A stretch of 33,355 nucleotides of DNA from Candidatus Peregrinibacteria bacterium (lineage in GTDB: Bacteria; Patescibacteriota; Gracilibacteria; UBA1369; LOWO2-01-FULL-3): the NCBI GenBank assembly GCA_018664365.1, contig JABJOK010000103.1, forward strand, positions 1 through 33,355. Reading direction: 5' to 3'. The notes beneath the pieces were generated by a model. It searched no databases. It had not been told where the DNA came from and worked only from the letters and a program-made list of their open reading frames with translations. Shown in pieces: positions 6,801 through 13,790 of the stretch (its first letter is position 1; each line of letters begins with the position of its first letter). Both the position numbers and the translations under genes were made by a program.

Positions 6801-9774
6801 CAAGATCTTGAGTGATTACTCTTAAATATCTTTCTCCAGATTCTGCAAGTGAGCTAGGGTCGACAGCATCGGTCAAAATAGAGTCAGTAGTAACACCAGT
6901 AGCGCTTGTATCAAAGTACCAATAATATTGATAGATTCCATTTGTATCAAATTCATTTGTAAATGAAGTGAAGTCTGGATCATCATTGGTATTACTCCAG
7001 GTATCGTCAACTGCCCCTTGTCCGTCAATTGCTCCATCGGGATTAGTTGGTGCAGTTGTGTCGTAAATAATATTATCAGTAATGACTGAGGATTCATTCC
7101 CGAGCGCATCCTTAAAAATTGCATAAACAGTTTTGGTTCCCTCTGAAGAATCTCCTCCATAGGCAACATCGCTGAAGTCCCAAGAAGCCTTTGTAGCACC
7201 ATAAGCTTCATAAGCACTATATGTAATTCCATCATTACTGAACTTCATTTCAGAAGCTCCAGTAATAGCAGAAAGGTCTACGTCCTCAGTCAGGCTAGAT
7301 GTGAAAGTAGTTCCCCCGGCAGCATCTGTAGTCGATTGGATTGCAGTAACGCCAGATGGAGCCTGGTTATCCACAGTAAATACTAAAGAGGTATCGTCGG
7401 CAGTTACGGTTCCATCGTCAACAGTTACCATAATTTGTACAGTTTCAGGCTCAGCTGTAATAGGAACGTAGTCAGGAGTTGCGTTCTGACTATCCCAGAC
7501 AATGGTCAAAGTGTTCTCTCCACTTGAAGTATCTACCGCACTAAATTGTCCAGCAGTTTCATCAAAATCACCATTAGTAATTGTAGGAGTAGCTCCATAA
7601 GAAGGAGTCACAGAATCAAGATACGTTCTATTCCAGCTAACTCCTGCATCAGTGGTGTAATCCACCTTTACCTCAAGAGGGTTATCATTAGCATCGGCAA
7701 CACCAACTGTGAAAGTTACTTTTCCAAGACCGTCGGTAGTTTGTGAAACAAGTTCAGGTGTTGTGTCGATAGTAGGGGCATCGTTTGTAGAATAAGTAAT
7801 AGTGTCAGTAATAGCGGATGATTCATTCCCAAAATCATCTTTAAAAATCGCATACACAGTTTTTGTCCCTTCGGTAGAATCGCCTCCATAGGTAGCATTA
7901 GACATATCCCAAGAAGACTTAGTAACAGCATAAGCCTCGTAGGCAGTATATGTAATTCCATCATTACTAAACTTCATCTCAGTAGCTCCAGTTATAGCAG
8001 AAAGATCGATGTCTTCGATTAAGCTAGAGGTTGAAGTATTAGTGCCATCAGTACTAGATTGAATTACAAAAGTTCCATAAGGCATCTGATTATTGACAGT
8101 GAAAGTTGAAGAGCTATCACTAGCAGTATCAGTTCCATCGTCTGCAGTTACCTTAACCTGAACAGTGCTAAGATCAGCACCTATATAAGTATAGCTTGGA
8201 GTAGAGTACTTACTGTCCCATGTAACGGTTATGTCTTTCGTTCCTCCTGCGGTATCTACGCTAAATTGTCCGGCGGTAGAATCGTGGGCACCATTGGTTA
8301 TTGTAAGAGGACCTTCTGCAGAAGGTGTAGCAGAATCAATATAGGCTCTGTACCAATTAGTTCCATTAGTTGTATATTCTATTGTTATCTCAGAAGTATC
8401 GGCCACATCTGTCTCTTCAACAGAAAAATCAAAAGTTATAGTCCCAAGTCCATCTGTAGATTGATGTGATGGAGTAGCCGGAATAACATTTGTTACGACA
8501 GGGGCGGCGTTTGTCACTTCTGCATAATTGAATATATATGCTGCTCCAGCATCTATCCCGTTGTCATCATCGAAGGCTGCTCCTATTAGTGCATAATTAT
8601 TACTATTTATGGCAACTCCACATCCAAAGTTATCTTCAGCTTCGCCATCACTTGCTATTAGCGTGCTTCCTAACTGACTCCATGTGGATCCAGATCTTTG
8701 ATATATATACGCCGCTCCATTGTAGGCTGGATTGAGTGTATCTGCCTCACCAATTATTGCATATGAACCGTTTAGATCTACACTAGTTCCATAAGTACCT
8801 GTCCCTGGTGTTATTGTTTGCTGATGACTCCAGGTATCTCCTAATCTATAATACACGTATACGTTAGGCCCATAATGTGTGGCAATAAAATAATCTCCTG
8901 ATACTGCTATGGATGAGGTTCCCATGCCCATTTCTGACGATAATGCTGGTTCTAGCTTTTGCTGTTGTGACCAGGTCTCACCACTTCTAGTGAATACATA
9001 TACAGAGCCTGCGTTTACTCCTTTTGTATTATCTTCGCCTGGAGCACCAGCGACCACTGTATCTCCATCTATATCTACTGTATATCCGACATAAGCGTTT
9101 GCTTCATCGTCATCGGCAGCTAGTGGATACCAGGTCGCCATGACACCAGTTTGCACTGTCCAGCTTTCTAGGCCTGTATCTCTTTTGTATATCTCTATTC
9201 CACCTTGGCCCAGACGTTGGGGGATGGTGGGGCTGTAATTAGGCCCTCCCACCACTGCATAATCTCCATCTATGCCTACGCTCCACCCGAAGTCACCTGC
9301 ATGGGGAGACGTAATGTATTCCGTTATACTCCATGTATCCAATCCAGTGTCTCTTTTGTATATATATGATCTATTGTCCGATGGGGCTCCGATGATCATA
9401 TAGTCACCACTTATATCCACACTTCTTCCAAAGCTGCTACTCGAAGGGCCCGTAAGCATATCTACCTGAGCCCAGGTAGCCCCTGATCTTTTAAATACAT
9501 AGGCCTTGTCTTCGTCTTCTGCCCCAACGACCGCATATGTTCCAGTGCTATCTACGGTTACAGATTCTCCATTAGTGCCTCCCCAGTAGTTACTGAAGTA
9601 TTCTCCTGCAGCGCCATCGTCGGGTGTGATTTTTTGCTGTTGACTCCAATCGGAAGCAGCATAGGCCACAAACCCCACAAAGCCCACGCAAACAAAAAAG
9701 AGCGATACAAACAGTACAAGTAGAATTTTTTTTAAATCATTCATAAGTATGGCAAATTTCTCAAAATTTTTCAT
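3850..9774 (-). CDS. Giant secreted multidomain protein: signal peptide, FG-GAP-type beta-propeller repeats, tandem Ig/FN3-like modules, acidic linker, TSP3-like Ca-binding motif, C-terminal Ig-like domains
   Basis: The track ORF is 3850..9798. Conserved in-frame ATGs lie at 9774 (MKNFEKF) and 9744 (MNDLKKILLVLFVSLFFVCVGFVGFVAYA/AS, a canonical signal peptide with an AxA site). The repeated unit FG.SV.ISGDY.IIGAP....AYI(F/Y).R.G..W.Q occurs about 6-7 times (ORF aa ~85-425), matching FG-GAP-like repeats. D.AGN and GGSG(I/V).Y.Y modules follow. The motif NPDPDEDGRTNADEIFFGTDP maps to nt 4546-4620. Confidence 0.85.
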   Translation of the reverse strand: MKNFEKFAILMNDLKKILLVLFVSLFFVCVGFVGFVAYAASDWSQQQKITPDDGAAGEYFSNYWGGTNGESVTVDSTGTYAVVGAEDEDKAYVFKRSGATWAQVDMLTGPSSSSFGRSVDISGDYMIIGAPSDNRSYIYKRDTGLDTWSITEYITSPHAGDFGWSVGIDGDYAVVGGPNYSPTIPQRLGQGGIEIYKRDTGLESWTVQTGVMATWYPLAADDDEANAYVGYTVDIDGDTVVAGAPGEDNTKGVNAGSVYVFTRSGETWSQQQKLEPALSSEMGMGTSSIAVSGDYFIATHYGPNVYVYYRLGDTWSHQQTITPGTGTYGTSVDLNGSYAIIGEADTLNPAYNGAAYIYQRSGSTWSQLGSTLIASDGEAEDNFGCGVAINSNNYALIGAAFDDDNGIDAGAAYIFNYAEVTNAAPVVTNVIPATPSHQSTDGLGTITFDFSVEETDVADTSEITIEYTTNGTNWYRAYIDSATPSAEGPLTITNGAHDSTAGQFSVDTAGGTKDITVTWDSKYSTPSYTYIGADLSTVQVKVTADDGTDTASDSSSTFTVNNQMPYGTFVIQSSTDGTNTSTSSLIEDIDLSAITGATEMKFSNDGITYTAYEAYAVTKSSWDMSNATYGGDSTEGTKTVYAIFKDDFGNESSAITDTITYSTNDAPTIDTTPELVSQTTDGLGKVTFTVGVADANDNPLEVKVDYTTDAGVSWNRTYLDSVTPSYGATPTITNGDFDETAGQFSAVDTSSGENTLTIVWDSQNATPDYVPITAEPETVQIMVTVDDGTVTADDTSLVFTVDNQAPSGVTAIQSTTDAAGGTTFTSSLTEDVDLSAITGASEMKFSNDGITYSAYEAYGATKASWDFSDVAYGGDSSEGTKTVYAIFKDALGNESSVITDNIIYDTTAPTNPDGAIDGQGAVDDTWSNTNDDPDFTSFTNEFDTNGIYQYYWYFDTSATGVTTDSILTDAVDPSSLAESGERYLRVITQDLAGNWADPDGGSDTCTNTNVDRPADSDCWATIFTHKFDEDAPNTPAPSSSPTSWTNSNSFEFSWSDPGDVGGSGIANYTYETDAGTASTTTPDDTTLDVTLSSDADGTKLFEVFATDNASNNGLTGSVNFYYDSVDPINAGTVTDSNGSLDDTWATIADPDFVWTSGTDVGGSGVDEYDVYWGTEIASTTPTATVSSPAYDAAAAPLPNTPYYLRINTRDTAGNISGWETKYTFKFSQQPANPPSLSQTATQEDLTEAALTMGEWTGDTTPTLNFTLTDPDGDSLGYIIYVDDDDDFSSPVVHYTYGANDIVSGTTQGFTVGQAADTGGAYTIGAESQTLAAGDYYWKVQAVENHGLTSSEVIANSGSVAFQLDTTDPDISAVILSSTGTTTSSVGLSIDGTPTDGDSGMHVTPYKFTNLTKGTDSGWQAVTTWTSTGLTSSSPHIFKITVRDASGNTTDSATIGAVTADAPPAIISSGGSIGPPVTPPAVDDDDDENEEEEEEDLDDVVDVDEEEVSENEEDILQNALDQINDLPYGEPVIIDPEIVEDAEEEPEEEFQEEIVSAMDEYLDRELEKNNPDFSVDMPQEEKVKFFLKYLEVLQDTRMALAEQKYEDVSEKLEIKYLEKHFKTGLSKEFLEQVTKGKKHIKVLQGDEILEISDIEEVEIIIQTDEKYEEKKTAADEAGKTVIIINENTNLDGCTEKRCKPSDEDTINDMWQISHGLPLFNPDPDEDGRTNADEIFFGTDPLVADEVFEEELPEDENDEETVYLKYSAKITNLDAVSYGNTPVFRLAGEPDDKVSIYVAPINDSSSKTFLGETVIGDDGKGEILSWQGLEDGEYFIVVTDDENEEVESIDVFEVKNDSSTNIEYLKFSENDKLLVFIAMLLENVELIVDDFDKEEFIAIRTPGSNTIKGRAAPGSTVYVSFKSLVISSVVISDASQGEFNIDIPKRLAVGEHDLTAYVMDERESVVGSARTVKIRK
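7054..8511 (-). repeat. In-frame tandem duplication of a ~242-aa (726-nt) two-domain unit inside the giant protein
   Basis: ORF aa 430-671 (NAAPVVTNV...ITYSTN) and 672-915 (DAPTIDTT...IIYDTT) align along their whole length. The nucleotide strings at ~7231 and ~7957 are near-identical at an offset of 726 nt. Confidence 0.85.
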
Positions 9775-9820
9775 TTTAAAAATAGCAGAAAAGCACAAAA
9801 AAGAACATTCCGCAGCAAGA
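9717..9820 (-). repeat. Copy B of the conserved 5' cassette shared by the two giant genes
   Basis: See copy A (3722-3826). Confidence 0.85.
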
Positions 9821-9897
9821 TTCCAGGAAGCCGATAAACAAGAGTTTAATGAAAAAAGAAGAAGGCACTTTCAAGGCATTTCTGATAGACTCTTCGC

Positions 9898-11079
9898 ATG
9901 AACTTAAGGAAATTGAGCCTAAAATCAAACAATCTCAAGCTGATGTGCTTGGAAAACCTCACAAGTGGTTTGATTTTTTTCCTGCCTGTTATGGCGGTTT
10001 ATTACAAAAGTATAGTGGGGTCTGTGGCTAACGTGGGAATTGTTATTGCAACTTTCTCACTGTCCTTATTAATATTCGAAATTCCAAGCGGAGCTATTGC
10101 GGATCTTTTTGGAAGGAAGACCACCATTATACTGGGGTATATATTATGGATAATAGCCTTGGTGGTATTATATTTTGCAGATTCAATGTTTGGACTAATA
10201 TCCTTTTCAGTTCTTGATGGAATGGCCTCAAGCCTTTTTAGTGGAGCAGATAGTGCTCTGATATACGACACTCTTAAAGAAGAAGGAAAGGAGCGCCACT
10301 ACAAAAAAGCAATCGGCCTATACCACTCAATGTGGCCACTGGGTGCCGCTGCCGGAGCTGTTATTGGAGGATATATCGCAGCAATTGATTTAAAACTAGC
10401 AGTTCTATTGAGCATCCCCACGGCATTCATGGCATTCCTTTTCGTTTTACCCATTAAGGAGCCAAAGTTTCACAAAGAGGAGCACAAGAACGTGCTCAGG
10501 CAAATGAAGAAATCAATAAAAATAGCAATCTCAAGCAGGCAGATCCTTATATTAATAGGAGCAGGATTTATCCTCTGGGGGCTGGGAGAGGCTTCACACT
10601 GGATCGATTCGATTTACTACACGTTCAAAGGAATCGAAATAAAACACTTCGGATACATTACAGGAGCGGCCTTTGGTCTATCTTCATTAGGGCATTTTCT
10701 ATCACACAAGTTTGCGAAAAAAGTTGGTGACAAAAATGCGATTCTATTAACTGTAGGAATTTGGATCGTACTCTTCTTTTCATCAACTTTAATGGCAGGC
10801 TGGCCAGCAGTTATTCTTTTCGTGATACCAGCACTCCTATTTGGGCTTCGAGCTCCAGTTGAAGAACACATTGCCAATGCAGAGGTAAGCTCAAGCCAAC
10901 GTGCAACAGTGCTCTCTATCGTCAACTTCAGCAGGCAGTCCTCAATGGCAATTTTCACACCCCTAGTCGGATACTTCGCAGATCTTTATGATTTAGACGT
11001 AGCTTTCAGGGCTTCTTCAATAATAATGATCGTGGCATTTGTGATCTTTTTTGGGCTGAAGTCTCCTAAGAAGGTTTAG
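9898..11079 (+). CDS. MFS-family transporter
   Basis: The 393-aa protein is polytopic and hydrophobic, with about 12 hydrophobic segments. It has an MFS loop 2-3 signature-like sequence, EIPSGAIADLFGRKTTIILG. An alternative start exists at M16 (9943). Confidence 0.75.
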   Translation: MNLRKLSLKSNNLKLMCLENLTSGLIFFLPVMAVYYKSIVGSVANVGIVIATFSLSLLIFEIPSGAIADLFGRKTTIILGYILWIIALVVLYFADSMFGLISFSVLDGMASSLFSGADSALIYDTLKEEGKERHYKKAIGLYHSMWPLGAAAGAVIGGYIAAIDLKLAVLLSIPTAFMAFLFVLPIKEPKFHKEEHKNVLRQMKKSIKIAISSRQILILIGAGFILWGLGEASHWIDSIYYTFKGIEIKHFGYITGAAFGLSSLGHFLSHKFAKKVGDKNAILLTVGIWIVLFFSSTLMAGWPAVILFVIPALLFGLRAPVEEHIANAEVSSSQRATVLSIVNFSRQSSMAIFTPLVGYFADLYDLDVAFRASSIIMIVAFVIFFGLKSPKKV

Positions 11080-11249
11080 AATCTAAGGTGGCGTGGTACT
11101 TACTTGATCGGAGATCTTCTTGTTCTTCTCAATGTTCCGCACGCTCATTGTATCCATTTATTTGGGGCAAAATGGTAAGCCCGCTGTCCCCTACTCACAC
11201 CGTTGCTTCATGCTTCGGTGATTTCGGTTATTGATAGAGACTAATCGGC

Positions 11250-11951
11250 CTAGATCGGCTTGGCCATGCAGTACCACTTACCGTCTACCTGGACGAGGTT
11301 GTAATCCTCGCTCGGGCAGGACAGTGTGGGGCTGCACTTTATGGCATGTCCGACGTGAATCAAGTACCCCTTGCAGACGGGGGGCTCGCTCACAGGCTCA
11401 CTGTGTCGGGGGGCATTCCAGGCTCGCCGATAGTCCTCTCTCGGATCGTGTTGGGGCTCGGGATCCTCAAGGGACTCCTCCTCACCGAAACACATAACCG
11501 GGGTTACCTTCACCTCTCCGCAGACGCGGAAAACGTCCATCCGCGGGTCTTCCGTACGATGGTTGACCCACACGCCCGTCTGAATCGACGAACGACGAAG
11601 GCTGAGGCTATGGCGAGAGCTAGTCGACGAGCGGCCGTTCACTTTTGAGCTGCTCTTGTAGAGGAATTCTGCCACATCACTGGGGCATCCTTCCATAAGA
11701 GACGCTCGAAGGTCCAGGTCGATATCGGTCCACACCAGCGAATCGAAGCTCTCCTGAGAGACCTTGCGACAGCTGACGACGCGGTTATCAACAAAACCGA
11801 TCATGGAACCACGGGCAGTCGCCTGCCAGTAGGCCTCGATGGTTGTGTCGACTTCCGTAGAGCCGAAATATCCCGTCGAAGTGCTCGCGCACCCCGAAAT
11901 GATGAGTGCGGTTGCGACCACACCCAGAGGCATAAAACCCTTTCTCTGCAT
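11250..11951 (-). CDS. Lipoprotein of unknown function, encoded in a GC-rich islet
   Basis: The N-terminus MQRKGFMPLGVVATALIISG/CAS has a positive n-region, a hydrophobic core and a lipobox (L/I)-(S)-G-C. AAGGAG lies 8 nt upstream of the ATG. Third codon positions are strongly G/C-biased, as expected for a real gene from a GC-rich background. The C-terminal part is Cys-rich. I recognise no family. Confidence 0.7.
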   Translation of the reverse strand: MQRKGFMPLGVVATALIISGCASTSTGYFGSTEVDTTIEAYWQATARGSMIGFVDNRVVSCRKVSQESFDSLVWTDIDLDLRASLMEGCPSDVAEFLYKSSSKVNGRSSTSSRHSLSLRRSSIQTGVWVNHRTEDPRMDVFRVCGEVKVTPVMCFGEEESLEDPEPQHDPREDYRRAWNAPRHSEPVSEPPVCKGYLIHVGHAIKCSPTLSCPSEDYNLVQVDGKWYCMAKPI

Positions 11952-11959
11952 TTATAAAT

Positions 11960-11965
11960 CTCCTT
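11960..11965 (-). promoter_or_regulatory. Shine-Dalgarno AAGGAG for the lipoprotein gene
   Basis: The minus-strand sequence reads ggAAAGGAGatttataaATG, with an 8-nt spacer. The other genes I inspected in this window have no comparable SD. Confidence 0.6.
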
Positions 11966-12098
11966 TCCTGCAGGATTGGGTTACTGTGGCTCTGGCTAGA
12001 TGGGGAAATCCCATCATAGAAGCAAGTACCACCACCTTAAATTCTAATAACTACATGTAAAGGAACGTGAATCTAGCTGATGGATTATACAAAGAACA

Positions 12099-12118
12099 GG
12101 GCCCTGTGTCAAGGGCCC
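12099..12118 (-). terminator. Hairpin downstream of tRNA-Asp (possible terminator)
   Basis: GGGCCCT/AGGGCCC forms a 7-bp GC stem with a 6-nt loop. On the minus strand it is followed by uguucuuugua. The stem core is palindromic, so the strand assignment rests on context only. Confidence 0.35.
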
Positions 12119-12147
12119 GACACACCTCTAATCAGAAAAAACCGCGT

Positions 12148-12224
12148 TGGCGGAACGGACGGGACTCGAACCCGCGACCTCCTGCGTGACAGGCAGGCGT
12201 TCTAACCAGCTGAACTACCGCTCC
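12148..12224 (-). tRNA. tRNA-Asp (anticodon GUC), 77 nt, with encoded CCA
   Basis: The reverse complement is GGAGCGGTAGTTCAGCTGGTTAGAACGCCTGCCTGTCACGCAGGAGGTCGCGGGTTCGAGTCCCGTCCGTTCCGCCA. It folds as a cloverleaf. The acceptor stem is GGAGCGG/CCGTTCC, the D stem GTTC/GAAC and the anticodon stem CCTGC/GCAGG. The anticodon loop is CTGTCAC, and the T arm is GCGGG-TTCGAGT-CCCGT. Confidence 0.95.
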
Positions 12225-12318
12225 ATTTTGCCGCCGCTAAAGAATTTTTTTAGCCCATGGAAGATAATATATTTCTCCTCTGAATACAAGTTTTTCTTTT
12301 AAAGTTTTCTTAAGTGTT

Positions 12319-12324
12319 TATAAT
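12319..12324 (+). promoter_or_regulatory. -10 box TATAAT placed 6 nt before the glycosyltransferase ATG (predicts a leaderless mRNA)
   Basis: The sequence reads tttTATAATcgctgcATG. There is no SD, and I saw no convincing -35. Confidence 0.35.
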
Positions 12325-12330
12325 CGCTGC

Positions 12331-13473
12331 ATGAAGATAGGAATCGACTGTCGATTATACAGTTCAAACTTTACCGGAATAGGACGCTACGTTCACGAGA
12401 TTGTGGATTGGTTTGTGAAAATTAATAATGAAAATAAACGCGAGAACGAACTTGTGCTTTTCTTTAATAAGCCCGAGTACAATGATTTCATTCCACCAAA
12501 TCTTTCAGTAAAGAAGGTCCTTGTGAATGCTAGGCACTATTCACTTGCAGAACAGACTAAATTTTTAAAAATATTGAACAAGGAAAATTGCGACATAGTG
12601 CATTTTCCCCACTTCAACGTGCCAATTCTCTACAAAAAACCATATGTAGTAACAATTCATGACCTAACTCTTTCATTTTTCCCTGGGCAAAAAATGACCA
12701 AGTGGTTTCACAGGCTAGCCTATAATTGGACAATAAAAAACGCTGTTAAGAAGGCAAAGAAGGTAGTCGCAGTATCTGAAAATACAAAGGCCGATATAGT
12801 TGAAAATCTAAAAGTGCCAGAGGCGAAAATTAAGGTGATTCACAACGGCGTTTCAAAGTTTTTTCAAATGCTGGATGATCCCAAAGAGGCAGGGAGTACC
12901 CTCAAGAAATATGGCATAAACAAGCAGTTTCTGCTTTACACTGGGGTTTGGCGCAATCACAAGAATCTTCCTAATCTAATAAAGGCTTTTGAAATAATTA
13001 AGAGCAGAAAGGAAATAGACCTACAGCTAGTAATTACAGGGAAAGAGGATCCTCACTACCCGGAGGTTAGAAAAGAAATCAAAAAATCAGAATTTAATGA
13101 GGACGTAATTACTCCCGGCCTAGTCAAAGAAGAGGAGCTGCTTCACCTATACAACGCTGCCCTGCTATACGTCTTCCCCTCGTTATATGAAGGCTTTGGA
13201 TTGCCACCACTTGAATCAATGAAATGCGGAACTCCTGTAGTAGCCTCAAACACATCCTGCATTCCAGAGGTTTGTGGCGAAAAGAATGCAGTTTTCTTTG
13301 ATCCCTATTATCCACAAAAAATTGCTGATAAAATTGAACACCTATATAAGGATGCTGACCTTCAGGCAGAATTAGTTGAAAGAGGGTATCAGCATGCTAA
13401 TAAATTTACCTGGGAGAGATCAGCGCGCACCACTTACAATATTTTATGTTCGAACCATTCCAACAATTCGTAA
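12331..13473 (+). CDS. GT4-family (group 1) glycosyltransferase
   Basis: The C-terminal signature FPSLYEGFGLPPLESMKCGTPVVASNTSCIPEVCG matches the E-x7-E / GT-B retaining glycosyltransferase motif. At 380 aa the length is typical. Confidence 0.85.
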   Translation: MKIGIDCRLYSSNFTGIGRYVHEIVDWFVKINNENKRENELVLFFNKPEYNDFIPPNLSVKKVLVNARHYSLAEQTKFLKILNKENCDIVHFPHFNVPILYKKPYVVTIHDLTLSFFPGQKMTKWFHRLAYNWTIKNAVKKAKKVVAVSENTKADIVENLKVPEAKIKVIHNGVSKFFQMLDDPKEAGSTLKKYGINKQFLLYTGVWRNHKNLPNLIKAFEIIKSRKEIDLQLVITGKEDPHYPEVRKEIKKSEFNEDVITPGLVKEEELLHLYNAALLYVFPSLYEGFGLPPLESMKCGTPVVASNTSCIPEVCGEKNAVFFDPYYPQKIADKIEHLYKDADLQAELVERGYQHANKFTWERSARTTYNILCSNHSNNS

Positions 13474-13751
13474 AAAAAGCAGCTAACCGCTACGGGATAA
13501 GCACTGAAATGAACGCTGCAAAGGTGTGTCATGATTTTAGAGAAATAATCCCCGAACTTTTTAAGAATATAGAAAGCCCGGAAGAATACATCTCTCCATC
13601 AAGCTTCAAGGATCAAACATTAACCATCAATGTAGAAAACTCTGCATGGGGACAGGAAGTAATAATGCGTAAAGAAAAAATCATCGATCAAATGAACAAA
13701 AAGGCTGGCAAAGAAATCATTAAAAATCTCCGTACTCAATTGAAGAAATAG
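13446..13751 (+). CDS. DUF721 / DciA-like small protein
   Basis: The 101-aa protein contains ISPSSFKDQTLTINVENSAWGQEVIMRKEKIIDQMNKKAGKEIIKNLRTQL. This follows the DUF721 pattern (p..l..g.L.v.v.ss.W..el......I...lN...G...I..irf). It overlaps the upstream GT gene by 28 nt. Confidence 0.5.
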   Translation: MFEPFQQFVKKAANRYGISTEMNAAKVCHDFREIIPELFKNIESPEEYISPSSFKDQTLTINVENSAWGQEVIMRKEKIIDQMNKKAGKEIIKNLRTQLKK

Positions 13752-13790
13752 CCATTTTCTGCTATAATACAAGGAAATAAAAAGTAAAAA

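Noticed and set aside
9849-10031. A 60-aa ORF overlapping the MFS start. The same reasoning applies to other nested ORFs: 10002-10271, 10617-10958, 16064-16378, 16665-17036, 19042-19284, 20668-21024, 21342-21638, 24067-24354, 28333-28640, 29283-29618, 30046-30513, 30986-31267, 32150-32377, 32267-32656 and 32910-33168.
   Set aside because: Each is embedded in, or antisense to, a longer ORF with clear family motifs. None shows an independent motif, signal or promoter.
11231-11648. Plus-strand ORFs 11231-11497 (88 aa) and 11346-11648 (100 aa)
   Set aside because: They lie antisense to the lipoprotein gene inside GC-rich DNA, where stop codons are rare. Their Arg/Pro/Gly-rich translations have no signal, SD or motif.
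11083-12230. A tRNA-targeted integrative element, or a structured RNA gene (RNase P RNA, tmRNA, group II intron), as the explanation for the GC-rich segment
   Set aside because: There is no integrase or recombinase gene. I could not find a duplicated copy of the tRNA-Asp 3' end at the far boundary, so an intact mobile element is unsupported. I also saw none of the hallmark strings of RNase P RNA, tmRNA or group II intron domain V. By contrast, the lipoprotein ORF has SD, lipobox and codon-position bias. A 24-codon ORF at 11083-11157 (minus) has no supporting signal.
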